The position numbers and the translations under genes are program-made. DNA of 64,000 bases from Candidatus Latescibacterota bacterium (GTDB lineage: Bacteria; Krumholzibacteriota; Krumholzibacteriia; WVZY01; JAKEHA01). The first letter of the stretch is position 1. Each line of letters starts with the position of its first letter. Positions 28,981 to 40,179 of this stretch are shown here, piece after piece. Below the pieces are notes generated by a model. That model worked only from the letters and a program-made list of their open reading frames with translations, searched no databases and was not told the origin of the DNA. Where the stretch lies: NCBI GenBank assembly GCA_963707635.1, contig OY970173.1:1024001-1088000 (forward strand), read 5' to 3'.

Positions 28981-29788
28981 AGCGTTGCCGGCGGTCGTAC
29001 TGCTCGTCGTCGCCGTGTGCGGTTCGGCCTGTCAGTCGGAGGATGATGCGGTGGCGTGGAATCTGGCCTGGGAGGATGAATTCAGCGGCCCGGCGAACCA
29101 GCTGCCCGATTCCACGAAGTGGCGCTTCGACGTCGGCGGCGACGGCTGGGGCAACAACCAGCTGGAATACGATACCGATCGTCCGGAGAACGTGTCGCTC
29201 GATGGCGCCGGACACCTTGCCATCACGGCGCGCAAGGAACTTTACCTGGGCAACGAGTACACGTCCGGGCGCATCAACACCCGCGGGTTCTTCAGCCAGG
29301 AGCGGGGAAAGTTCGAGGCCCGCATCCGCTTGCCGGTCGGGCAGGGCATCTGGCCCGCGTTCTGGCTGCTCGGCGGCAACTTCGAATCCGTGGGCTGGCC
29401 CCGGTGCGGCGAGATCGACATCATGGAGTATCGGGGACAGCAACCCGCGGTGCTGCACGGGAGTCTCCACGGACCCGGCTACTCCGGCGGATCTGCGCTG
29501 ACCAGCCGCTACACGCTGCCCGGCGGGCAGGCCTTCAACGATGGGTTCCACGTGTTCAGTGTCGAGTGGGACGAGAAGCTGATCGCCTGGTACATGGACG
29601 GTACGCGCTACCTGACCATCACGCCCGACGACCTGCCGGGAAGCTCGGCCTGGGTGTTCGACCACCCATTCTTCATCATCCTGAACGTGGCGGTGGGCGG
29701 AAATTTCGTGGGGCCGCCCAATGCCTCCACCACCTTCCCGCAGACGATGCTCGTCGATTGGGTCAGGGTTTACCGGCGCGGACCGTAG
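28961..29788 (+). CDS. GH16 endo-beta-1,3-glucanase (laminarinase-like), probable lipoprotein
   Basis: WEDEF, GWGNNQLEY, YTSGRI, GIWPAFW, catalytic GEIDIMEY, FIILNVAVGG and VDWVRVY. Confidence 0.93.
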   Translation: MCTSTIRALPAVVLLVVAVCGSACQSEDDAVAWNLAWEDEFSGPANQLPDSTKWRFDVGGDGWGNNQLEYDTDRPENVSLDGAGHLAITARKELYLGNEYTSGRINTRGFFSQERGKFEARIRLPVGQGIWPAFWLLGGNFESVGWPRCGEIDIMEYRGQQPAVLHGSLHGPGYSGGSALTSRYTLPGGQAFNDGFHVFSVEWDEKLIAWYMDGTRYLTITPDDLPGSSAWVFDHPFFIILNVAVGGNFVGPPNASTTFPQTMLVDWVRVYRRGP

Positions 29789-29790
29789 CC

Positions 29791-31464
29791 ATGGGCGTGC
29801 GCTTGCGGCCGGGCGCGTATGTTCTCGCGGTGCTCGCCGCGACGGCGGTGTGCACGCGCGACCGCCTCGAAACGACCGAAGGTGTGCTGGTGGTCTCGCA
29901 GGAGCAGCAGGCGTCCTGGGTCCGGAACTTCAATCCACTGACCACCGCCACCGCCGCGCGCTGGCCGACCCTGGCCGGAGTGTACGAGCCGCTCTTCGTC
30001 TTCGACAGCATCAAGGCCTCCTATATCCCGTGGCTCGGCGTCGCGCACGAATGGCGCGAGGGGAACCGGGTGCTGCGCATCACCACCCGCGCGGACGTGC
30101 GCTGGTCGGACGGGCATCCCTTCCGCGCGCGCGACGTGGCCTTCACCTTCGAGTTGATGAAGCGGTACCCCGCGCTCGACCGGCGCGGGACGTGGGGCTT
30201 TCTCTCCGGCGTGCGCGCGCTGGACGACCACACCGTCGAGTTCCGGTTCAAGCGCGTGTTCATCCCGGGGTTCGACGAAGTGGCGGCCCAGCAGATCGTG
30301 CCGGAGCATATCTGGAGTTCGGTGGCCGACCCGGTTGCCTACCCCAACGAGACGCCCGTGGCGACGGGCCCCTTCACCGAAGTCCGCGTATTCCGCAACC
30401 AGATATACGAGCTCGGGCGCAATCCAAGATACTGGCAGAAGGGCCTTCCGCGCTTCGACGCCATCCGTTTTCTCGCCTACCCGTCCAACGACCGCGCCAA
30501 CCTGGCGCTGGTCTTCGACGAGGTGGACTGGGCGGGCAATTTCATCCCCGCGGTCGACCGGGTTTTCGTCGCTCGCGACGCCCGGCATCACCACTACTGG
30601 TTTCCGCTCACGGGGAGCAGCATCTTCCTGTACGCCAACACGGAGCGCGCGCCGTTCGACGACGTGCGGGTTCGCAAGGCGCTGAGCATGGCCATCGATC
30701 GCGAACTTCTGGTCGACGTGGCGCTGTACCGTTACTCGCGCCCCGCGGACGCAACCGGCTTGAGCGACGCGTACTCCGCGTGGCGAAATGCGGACATCGC
30801 CGCGGCCGCCGACTGGGTGAGGCTCGACGTCGAAAGAGCCAATGCGCTCCTGGACGAGGCAGGGCTCCAGCGCGGAGCGGACGGCGTGCGCCGGCTGCCG
30901 GACGGGCGGCCGTTGGAGTACGAGATCCTCACCGTATCCGGGTGGTCGGACTGGGTGCGTGCGTCGCAGGTGATCGCGCGCGGCCTTCGCCTCGTCGGCG
31001 TCCACGCCTCGGTGCGCACCTACGACTTCAGCGCGTGGTTCCAGCGCGTGCAGGAAGGCGACTTCGACCTGAGCCTCGGCTGGTCTTTCGAAGGCCCCAC
31101 GCCGTACCTGTTCTACCGGTGGCTGATGTCCTCCGCCACGGTGAGTCCGATCGGGGTGGCATCGATGGGGAACTGGCACCGTTACGGCAGCGTCTCGGCC
31201 GACTCGGTGCTCGCCGCGTTCGAGCGGGAACCGGACCCGGCGGCGCAGCAGCGGCTGGGCGACGCGCTCCAGCGCATCTTCGTCGACGAAGCGCCGGCCA
31301 TCCCGCTCTACCCCAATCCGTCGTGGGCCGAGTACAATACCGCGCGCTTCGCCGGGTTTCCGTCGGCGGAGAATCCGTACGCGGACCCGTCGCCCAACAA
31401 GTTCGATCGCGGCGAAACGCTGCTGGTGCTGACGACGCTCGCGCCGCACCGGGAGGTGGAGTGA
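29791..31464 (+). CDS. ABC transporter family-5 substrate-binding protein, oligosaccharide-binding (TmCBP-like)
   Basis: VRNFNP, VRWSDGHPF, PVATGPF, VRKALSMAIDR and GWSDW; ATG just after the GH16 stop. Confidence 0.88.
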   Translation: MGVRLRPGAYVLAVLAATAVCTRDRLETTEGVLVVSQEQQASWVRNFNPLTTATAARWPTLAGVYEPLFVFDSIKASYIPWLGVAHEWREGNRVLRITTRADVRWSDGHPFRARDVAFTFELMKRYPALDRRGTWGFLSGVRALDDHTVEFRFKRVFIPGFDEVAAQQIVPEHIWSSVADPVAYPNETPVATGPFTEVRVFRNQIYELGRNPRYWQKGLPRFDAIRFLAYPSNDRANLALVFDEVDWAGNFIPAVDRVFVARDARHHHYWFPLTGSSIFLYANTERAPFDDVRVRKALSMAIDRELLVDVALYRYSRPADATGLSDAYSAWRNADIAAAADWVRLDVERANALLDEAGLQRGADGVRRLPDGRPLEYEILTVSGWSDWVRASQVIARGLRLVGVHASVRTYDFSAWFQRVQEGDFDLSLGWSFEGPTPYLFYRWLMSSATVSPIGVASMGNWHRYGSVSADSVLAAFEREPDPAAQQRLGDALQRIFVDEAPAIPLYPNPSWAEYNTARFAGFPSAENPYADPSPNKFDRGETLLVLTTLAPHREVE

Positions 31465-31465
31465 G

Positions 31466-32448
31466 TTGCGCTACATTCTGCGGCGCCTCGGCTTCTACCT
31501 GCTCGCCGCCTGGGTGGCCGTGACGCTCAATTTCTTCCTGCCGCGACTGATGCCGGGCGATCCCGCGACGGCGCTGTTCGCCCGCTTCCGCGGCCGGCTC
31601 ACGCCCGAGGCCATGCAGGCCCTGCGCGAAACCTTCGGGCTCACCGACGCACCGCTCTTCAGCCAGTACCTCACCTATCTCGGCAACGCGCTGCGCGGGG
31701 ACCTCGGCATTTCGGTCGCGTACTTTCCCGCTCCCGTGTCCGACGTGCTGGCCCTGGGGTTCGTGTGGACCCTGTTCCTCGCCGGTACGGCGGTGATCGT
31801 GAGCTTCTGCATCGGTACCATGCTCGGCATCGTGGCCGCATGGTGGCGGCGAGGGTGGATCGACACGTGGCTTCCGTCGACGCTCGTCTTCCTCGGCGCG
31901 TTCCCGTACTTCTGGCTGGCGATGGTGCTCCTCTTCGTCTTCGGGTTCACGCTCGGCTGGTTTCCGCTCGGTCACGCGTACGGCGACGATCTCACGCCCG
32001 GCTTCAACCTCACGTTCCTGGCCGACGTGGCGCGCCACGCGATTCTGCCGGTGGGCACGGTGGTGATGGCGACGCTGGGCGGCTGGCTCCTGTCGATGCG
32101 CAACACGATGATCTCGGTGCTCGGCTCCGAGTACGTGAATCTCGCGCGCGCCAAGGGACTGCGGCCCGGGCGCGTGATGCTGCGCTACGCGGCGCGCAAC
32201 GCGCTGCTTCCCAACGTCACCGGTTTCGGCATGGCGCTCGGTTTCGTGCTCGGCGGCTCGCTGCTCACCGAGATCGTGTTCTCCTATCCGGGGCAGGGCT
32301 ACCTGCTGGTCCAGGCGGTGCGCAACCAGGACTATCCGCTCATGCAGGGCATCTTCCTGGTGATCACGCTGGCGGTGCTCGGCGCCAACTGGCTGGTGGA
32401 CCTGGTCTACCTGTGGCTCGACCCGCGCATCAGGGACTCGTCGCGTGA
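31466..32448 (+). CDS. ABC permease (OppB/DppB-like); stop shifted by an indel
   Basis: LNFFLPRLMPGDP, ARAKGL...YAARNALLP, QDYPLMQG and LDPRIR; nearest TGA at 32446-32448. Confidence 0.88.
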
Positions 32449-33386
32449 CGAAATCCGGAGCAGAGCGAGCCAGCGGCTTCGCTCTGTGGGTGCGACGCCA
32501 TCCGCCGCGACCGCAAGGCCACGATCGGCGCCGTCATCTTCGCGTGCTTCGCGCCGTCGCGCTGGTCGGGCCCTGGTGGCGGGCGACCCCGACGCGCTCG
32601 TCGGCATCCCGCTGCAGCCGCCGTCCGCGAAGCACTGGCTCGGGACCACCGGCCAGGGGCAGGACGTACTGGCGCAGCTCGTGGTGGGCACGCGCACCTC
32701 GCTGGCCATCGGCTTCGTCGTCGGGTTCGTGGTGGTGCTGGTCGGCGCGCTGGTCGGGGTGACCGCGGGCTACTTCGGCGGCCGCGTCGATGGTCTGCTC
32801 TCGCTCCTCTTCAACGTCTTCCTCGTGATACCCGGGCCTGCCGCTGGCCATCGTGATCGCGGCCTATCTGCCCGTCGGGGCCGCTCACGCTGGCGCTCGT
32901 GCTGGTGGTCACGGGCTGGGCGTGGAACGCGCGCGTGCTCCGGGCGCAGACGCTGTCGCTGCGCAAGCGGCGACTTCGTCGCCGCCGCCGTCGTGGCGGG
33001 CGAGTCGAGCTTCCGCATCGTGACGCGCGAGATCCTGCCCACCATGACGTCGCTGCTCGTCGCGCAGGTGATCGGCAGCACGGTCTATGCGATCGGCGCG
33101 CAGGTCGGGTCTCGAGTTCCTCGGACTCGGCGACGTCTCCGCGGTGACGTGGGGCACCAACCTGTACTGGGCGCAGAACGACGCGGCGCTGCTCACCGGC
33201 GCGTGGTGGACGTTCGCGCCCACCGGGCTGTGCGTGGCGCTCGTGGGTTTCGGGCTCAGTCATGCTCAACTCCGGTTTCGACGAGATCACCAATCCGCGT
33301 CTGCAGCTCGAGCGCGCGTGGCGCGCCACCTCGAAGCGACGCGGGCACGAGCCCTCGCGCTCGACGCCGGTGGTGATGGATCGTGA
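32445..33386 (+). CDS. ABC permease (OppC/DppC-like), multiple frameshifts
   Basis: PPSAKHWLGTTGQGQDV, GWAWNARVLRAQTLSLR, DFVAAAVVAGES and LEFLGLGD...WGTNLYWAQ spread over several frames. Confidence 0.8.
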
Positions 33387-34347
33387 CTGAGCCGCTGCTC
33401 TCGGTCCGCGACCTGTGCGTCGACTACATCACCGAACACGGCCCGTGCGTGCCGTCGACGGGGTGTCGCTCGACGTGCATCGCGGCGAGATTCTCGGCGT
33501 CGCCGGTGAGTCGGGCAGCGGCAAGTCGACGCTGGCGCAGGCGCTGCATGCGCATCCTGCCGCCGCCGGCGGTGATCTCCCGCGGCGCGGTGCGGTTCGA
33601 AGGCACGCGACGTGCTGACGCTCGACGAAGGGCGAACTGCGCGCGCTGCGCTGGAACGCGGATCTCGATGGTGTTCCAGAGCGCAATGGACGCGCTCAAC
33701 CCGGTGATCACCGTCGGAGAGCAGATCGTGGACACGCTGACCGCGCACCGGACGATCGGCACCGCCGCGGCGCGTTCGCGCGCGCGGCCGAGCTGCTGGA
33801 CGATGGTGGGCATCTCCGGCCGCGCGCTCGACGCGTACGCGCACCAGCTCTCGGGCGGCATGCGCCAGCGGGTGAGCATCGCGCTGGCGCTTGCGCTCGA
33901 ACCCTCGCTCGTGATCCTCGACGAGCCCACGACCGCGCTCGACGTCATCGTCGAGCGCGAGATCCTCGGAGCAGATCCGGGACCTGCAGGCCGGCTCGGC
34001 TTCGCGGTGCTGTTCATCACCCACGACCTCGCGCGCATGCTCCAGTTCTCGGATCGCGTGGCGGTGTTCTACGCCGCACGACTCGTCGAAGCGGGGCCGC
34101 CGAGCGCCTGCGCACGCGCCGCGTCATCCCTACACGCAGGGTCTGCTGCGCGCGTTTCCGACCGCTGCAGGGCGACACGGCAAGCCCGCAGCATCCCGGG
34201 CTCGCCACCGAGCCTGCAGAATCCGCCCACCGGCTGCCGCTTCCACCCGCGCTGTCCGCTCGCGCTTGCGACCGCTGCCGCGGAGCGCTCACCGGATTTC
34301 ACCCGCTGGGTCCGGCCACTTCGCCGCCTGCTTACCTCGCCGACTAG
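33383..34347 (+). CDS. ABC ATPase (OppD/DppD-like), multiple frameshifts
   Basis: GESGSGKST (ORF 33415), [24 protein letters not shown] and GCRFHPRCP; probable stop TAG at 34345-34347. Confidence 0.82.
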
Positions 34348-34368
34348 TTTCTTCCTGCGGCGCATCCG

Positions 34369-37300
34369 CTACATCGCGAAGTGCAGATAGGTCCGAACCT
34401 CCCACTCCGTGCCGTCCTGGGCCGGGTCGGTGGGGCTGGGGAGGTAGCGTGGCGAGTTCTCGTCGAGCGACCGCCAGGTGCCGCGCACGCCGATGCGGGT
34501 CTGCGGGCAGGTGTCGAACCATCGCGGCAAGCCCAGCGTTCGCGACACGTCGCCCATCAGCTGCACCGGGAACGTCAGATTGAAGTCGCGGTGGTAGTCG
34601 TACGGGCCCCAGTCGTTGAACCGCGCGGCGACCGTCGAACGCGTTCTGGCTCCAGCGCGAGCCGCGCCTCCACACCGTAGCGATAGATCAGGCGGGTGAG
34701 CGATCCGTTGCGGCGTAATCGTCCCGTTCGCTCGCCGTGCCTCCGTACGAGTTCGCCACCATGTGCACCTCCGGGTTCGGGCTGGACACGAAGCGCAGCC
34801 AGACCTCCCACAGGTCGCGCGGCGGTGGCGCACCGGGGAACGCGGAGTGGCGGTTCGCCGTCGGCCGTGAAGATGCGTCGCGTCCTGCGTGGTGGGCATG
34901 TGGCGGAACACGAATCCGAGGCAGGCGGCGAGGTGCGCGTCCTCGCGCATGTCGTTGTCCCATGCCCACATCCAGGTCGCGGGCGTCGGGTCGTAGGCGA
35001 TCATGATTTCTCGGCGCCCACCGTCTCGCGGTTCGCGCGCACCGCAAACGGATCGTCGAGCACGTTGCGCGGACGCCCGGGGGCCGGCGACGTCGCCCGG
35101 AATCGGCCCGACCATCGGCTTCTGCCACAGGAAGTTCGGTCCGACCTGGAAGTTCCCAGGTTGTACCGCGAGCCCGGTGATGAGGTTGGACTGGTTGCCG
35201 GAGCCGCTGTCCTTGAGGCGCCAGCCGGTGAAGGTGTGGGTCGCCGTCGGCCCGCCGTCGGCGACCAGGCCCATGACGGGCGCCCTGCGCGTACCAGTGC
35301 CAGCGGCCGCGCTGCACGTGAGCTTGACCTTGGCGCCAAGCGCGTCGGCAGTCGATCACCTCATCGTTGAGTCATCGTGCACTCCGCCCCGTCTCTCCGC
35401 GATCTGGAAGGTCTCGCCGACCTTGTGGGCGCCCGACCAGATGCCGCCGACGTCGACCAGGACGGTCCACGGGTGCAGCTCGAGCTCCAGGGTGACCTTG
35501 TGCGTCGTCGGCATCGGGATCGCGAACGAGCTGGTCACGTGGTCGTGCGCTGGGCGACGTCCTCCTGGTACATGGCGGTCGCGGTGAACGGCCCCGAGCC
35601 GCGCGGCGGTACTTGAGGATCATCGCGGGATTGGCGCCCCACCACAGCTCCGTGTCCGAACGCGAGTGTCAGTCCGGTCAGCGCCTTCTTGCCGCGGCAT
35701 CTCGATGCCCGACGGGCGCCTCGCCGTTGTAGATGTCGATGTTCTCTCCGTAGTAGGCGTCGCGGTAGAGGCCGAAGAAGTCTCCCTGGTAGCCCCAGTG
35801 GAGGTGGCCGGTGCGGTAGAAGCCCTCGAGCGCGAACCAGCGGTCGTCCCAGGAGACGGCCGCGTGGTAGACCTTGACGCGCTCGAGACCGTCGATGACC
35901 ACGAGCCCGGCTGTCGGACTCGACGGCCGCGGCCGCGCCGCGGTTCTCGTAGAAGATCTCGTCGATCGGGTTGCGCGGCACGTGGCCGAGGATGTTGATC
36001 GACAGCCTTCCCGGTCACCGTTGTCGGTCGGGCTGCGCCTCGACGTCGATGTAGAACGACTGCATGTTGTCGAAGCCCCGGAACGACGGGCAGCTCGACG
36101 GCAGCGGCGCTGCGCGCATCCGGCGTCGTGGTCATTCGCACGCCGCCGGTGCTGATAGGTCTCGAACTCCAGACGCACCCCCGAGACACGCACGCGCTGT
36201 AGACGCAGCTCGAACCGAGACTGGCGGCTGCTCCCGCGCGCCTCAGCTCGGCGGCGCCGCGGCGATGGATCTTGCGAAGTGGGCGCGGATCTGCCGCCGA
36301 GGTCGGTGCCGGGCGCGTACGGGTCGAGCCGGAACGCGCTGCGCAGCGCGTAGTAGGCGGCGCGCGGGTACACGTCGTAGAGACCGCGCACATCCGGCGC
36401 GCCCTTGGCGCAGATGCCCCACCACTCCTCGTTCATGTTGTTGTCGCCCTCGACGAAGTCCTCGACGTAGCCGCCGTTGGGCCACGAGGCGTTGGTGTCG
36501 TGGACTATCGAGCCGGTCTTCCTGGCCGTACTTCCACCAGCCGTCGCTCCACTGGAAGACGAAACCGCCGATGGCGTTGCCCACGCGCCCCTTGCCGGCG
36601 GACTGCTCGTAGATCTCCGCCACTGGCCGATCAGGTAGCGCGCCTGCATCGTCTGGTCCTCTCGCATCGTCCTTGGCGTTGAAGGCGTCGGCACCGAACT
36701 CGCGTGAACATCACCGGCTCGCCGAGCGTGTCCTTCACCACCTGGAAGAGGTCGCGCGACGGAGATGCCGCGATAGACGTTGCGTGCCGAGGACGTCGAG
36801 CCCCTTGCACTCCTCGGCGATCAGGTCGATGTACTGGATGTCGCCGTTGGCGATGGCCACCGGGGCGTCGGGATCGCGCGCCTTGATGGCGACGATGACC
36901 TCGCCGAACAGCGAGTACAGGTAGCGGGCTCGCGCGGCGTCGCGCTCGCCCTCGGGCAGCGCCTCGATCTCGAACGAGGTCCAGGCCAGGCCGTAGTTGT
37001 TCTCGTTGCCGAGCAGCCACATCAGCAGGCCGGGGGTGTCCCGGAACGCGTCCACCTCGCCACGACGTCGGCCTTGAGCGGCTGCGCGCAGGCGCGGGTT
37101 GGCAGTAGTCGACCGACGGCGTCCAGACACCGTCGAGCGTGAAGCCGTAGCGGCCCATCGGATGGTTGATCATGGTGTAGATGCCGTAGCGTTCGTAGAT
37201 GTAGCGCACCCAGCGCGGCGGAATGCCGGCGTATACGCGGATCGCGTTGACGCCCATGTCCTGCAGCAGCGTCATCTCGCGGTCGAGCGCGGCCTCGATG

Positions 37301-37554
37301 ACCTCGTCGGGCTGGTTCCACAGGATGAACATGTAGTTGTCGCCGATGGGGAAGTAGTCCCAGTTCATCCCGCACACCATGAAGTCCCGTCCGTCCACCT
37401 GAAGGCGATCGCCCGCGTCGTCGGACACGACGCGCACGACCGGGATGGACTGTGCCAGGGATGAGGCGGAGGCGAGGGCGAGCACCGTGCCCGCGGCGAC
37501 CGCGGCGCACATGATGGACGCCAGCGCTCTCCCGGCTCGTGCCGTCGAGATCAT
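34369..37554 (-). CDS. Large GH-A clan (GH2/GH158-like) TIM-barrel glycosidase with long C-terminal beta-strand-rich region, many frameshifts
   Basis: GAGGAGG RBS; signal peptide; GMNWDYFPIG, MGVNAIRVY, WLLGNENNY (acid/base), MFT(E)FGADAF, FQWSDGWWK and NMNEEWWGI; ends GTEWEVRTYLHFAM*. Confidence 0.8.
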
Positions 37555-37573
37555 GAAAGCCTCCTCGGGTGGT

Positions 37574-38951
37574 TCATGTCGTTCCGTCATCAAGGGCGTT
37601 GGTTCTCACGACGTCACGATACCAGAACGCACTCTGCTTCGGAATGCGCTCCTGCGTGGAGTAGTCGACCCAGTAAAGACCGAAACGCTTCGTGTAGCCC
37701 TGGGCCCATTCGAAGTTGTCCATGAGGGACCATGCGAAGTAGCCGTGCAGCGGAACGCCGTCGGCGATGGCACTCTGCGCCGCTTTCAGATGGGCCCGGA
37801 GAAACTCCACGCGACGCCCATCGTCGGACCCGGCGGGCCGCGTCGGGGGCGTCGGCATAGGCCGCGCCGTTCTCGGTGATGTAGACCTTCGGCGGCGCGT
37901 ACTCCCGGGCGATGCGCACCAGCAGCTCGTGCAGCCCCTGCGGGAACACCTCCCACCCCATGTCTGTGAGTTCGCTCGCGTCGACCGCGCCGACCTGCTG
38001 CGGAACTCCGGACGGGTCGGACCGCATCACGGCACGACTGTAGTAGTTGACGCCGAGAAAATCGAGCGGCGCGGCGATCGCCTCCAGGTCACCGGCGCGC
38101 ACGAAGGGCGGCACGGGTCCCTGCACATGGCCGCGGGCGATACGATCGGCCATGGCGTCCGCGGGGTAGCACCCGCGAAATATCGGATCCAGATACCACC
38201 GGTTGAAGAACCCGTCGAACCAGCGGGCCGCGTCGCGGTCGGCGTCGCGGGGGGAAGCGGGAAACGCGGGGCAGAGGTTGAGCGCGATGCCCACTTCCGC
38301 GCCGGGGGCGTTGCGGCGGATGACCGCACTCGCCCAGCCGTGCGAGAGCATGACGTGGTGCGCCGCGCGCAACGACTCCGCCGGGTCGCGGTGACCGGGC
38401 GCGTGCTCTCCGGTTTCGTGACCCAGGTGTGCGATGCACCAGGGCTCGTTGTGCGTCATCCAGTGGCGCACGCGGTCGCCGAGGCGGGCGGTGACGGTGT
38501 CCGCGTACTCGACGAACGCCTCGGCCGTGCGTCGCTCCGCCCAACCGCCGGCGTCCTGGAGCGCCTGGGGCAAGTCCCAGTGATACAGGGTGACGAAGGG
38601 CTGGATGCCGCGCTCCAGCAAGACGTCCACCATTGCATCGTAGAAATCGAGACCGGCGGCGTTGACGGCTCCGGTTCCCCGGGGCAGGACGCGCGGCCAG
38701 GCGATGGAGAAGCGATAGGCGCCCACCCCCAGCCACTGCATCAGGCCGATGTCATCGCGCCAGCGGTGGTAGTGATCACACGCAACGCCCGCGTTGGATC
38801 CATCGGCGATGCGGCCGGGGGTGGCGGCGAAGCGATCCCAGATGGACTCGCCACGGCCATCCTCACCAAACGCTCCCTCTATCTGGTGCGACGAGGTGGC
38901 GACGCCCCAGAGGAAACCGTCGGGGAATCTGGGGCCGGGTTTCGTGGTCAG
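37574..38951 (-). CDS. GH1 beta-glucosidase (frameshift ~37840; start codon unclear)
   Basis: FPDGFLWGVATSSHQIEG, YRFSIAWPR, TLYHWDLP, THNEP, GVNYY and YITENG; WSLMDNFEWAQGYTKRFG lies in the next frame. Confidence 0.93.
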
Positions 38952-39961
38952 CTCCCGGACGCGGACGCGTCTTCCCGGTAGAGGTGGCAACGCACGAGAC
39001 GGCCGTCGACCGAACGCGGCTCTGGATCTTCGACACGGCAGACATCCATCGCCTCCGGACAGCGTGCAACGAACGGGCATCCGCAGCCGGTGCTTTCGCC
39101 GGTGGTGAGAAGCGTGCGCGGGCCCCGGGGCGACACCGTCCCGGATCCGGCGATGGAGGCGACAAGCGCGCGGGTGTACGGGTGTGCCGGCGCGTCGACC
39201 AGCGCACGCGCCGGGCCGTCCTCGACCACGCGCCCGCGGAATAGCACCAGGATGCGGTCCGAGACGTATCGTGCCGATGCCAGGTCGTGCGTGATGAGGA
39301 GGATGGCAAGCTGGCGCTCCCGCTTCAGCTGCAGGAGCAGGTTGAGCACCTCCATGCGGATGGAGACGTCGAGCATCGACGTCGGCTCGTCCGCCACCAA
39401 CAACGCGGGGTCGACCGCAAGTGCGCGCGCGATGGCGACGCGTTGTCGCTGGCCACCGGACAACTCGTGGGGATGACGGTCGAGGAACTCGTCGGCCGGC
39501 TCGAGCCCGACCGCTCGCAGGAGTTCGCTCGCCCGGGCGCGCGCGCCCGAGGCGGTTGCCCGTCCGTGGCGCAAGAGCGGTCGCACCAGATGGTACGCGA
39601 CCGTGTGCACCGGATTGAGCGAAGCAAACGGGTCCTGGAACACCATCTGCACGCGGGCACGGTAGGCGAGCGAAGCGCGGCGCGGTTCGCGTGTGAGCAC
39701 ATCCTCGCCGTCGAGCCGAATCTCGCCTCCGTCGGGGGTTTCCAGGCGCAGGATCAGGCGGGCAATGGTGCTCTTGCCGCTCCCGGACTCGCCCACGAGC
39801 GCGACGGCCTCGCCTCGATCGATGTGAAAGGAGACGTCTCGCGCGGCGGGGACGGAGCGGCGGGTGCCGATCAGCTTCCGGGTCACAAAGCACTTGGACA
39901 GGCGGCGTACGTCGAGGAGCGGATTCGGTGTGGATGTCGTGTTGTGACGTTGCACGGGCAT
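38948..39961 (-). CDS. ABC ATPase (OppF/DppF-like)
   Basis: [47 protein letters not shown] and GCPFVARCP. Confidence 0.92.
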   Translation of the reverse strand: MPVQRHNTTSTPNPLLDVRRLSKCFVTRKLIGTRRSVPAARDVSFHIDRGEAVALVGESGSGKSTIARLILRLETPDGGEIRLDGEDVLTREPRRASLAYRARVQMVFQDPFASLNPVHTVAYHLVRPLLRHGRATASGARARASELLRAVGLEPADEFLDRHPHELSGGQRQRVAIARALAVDPALLVADEPTSMLDVSIRMEVLNLLLQLKRERQLAILLITHDLASARYVSDRILVLFRGRVVEDGPARALVDAPAHPYTRALVASIAGSGTVSPRGPRTLLTTGESTGCGCPFVARCPEAMDVCRVEDPEPRSVDGRLVRCHLYREDASASGS

Positions 39962-40017
39962 ATCAAACCCGCCGACCTTGCGGCCTGGTGGGAGCCCGGA
40001 GCGGCCCCTGGGGCCTC

Positions 40018-40082
40018 ATTCTAGCACAGCATACAAAAAAGGACCTTGATATATTATATTGTGAATGACTACTATTATAGCA
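40018..40082. promoter_or_regulatory. AT-rich divergent promoter region of the glucan locus
   Basis: Strongly AT-rich patch in a GC-rich window; extended -10 TGCTAGAAT on the minus strand (40026-40018); TATATT/TATTAT elements on the plus strand. Confidence 0.55.
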
Positions 40083-40179
40083 AGCGGATAGGCAATCGCG
40101 AGCCGAACCGCGGCTCGCAGCCAGCGCACCACCCCGGATCCAGGCATTCTCCCGACACGGGGCCAGATGGAGTTACCGA

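Noticed and set aside
31466..33376. Fused double permease (636-aa ORF); similarly the 29119 GH16/SBP, 37614 and 47154 extended ORFs
   Set aside because: Artefacts of indels or upstream open frames; the junction translations are non-homologous and separate starts and stops are evident.
40098..40118. Hairpin GCGAGCCG-AACCG-CGGCTCGC as riboswitch or terminator
   Set aside because: Single GC-rich stem with no U-tract or aptamer consensus; insufficient evidence.
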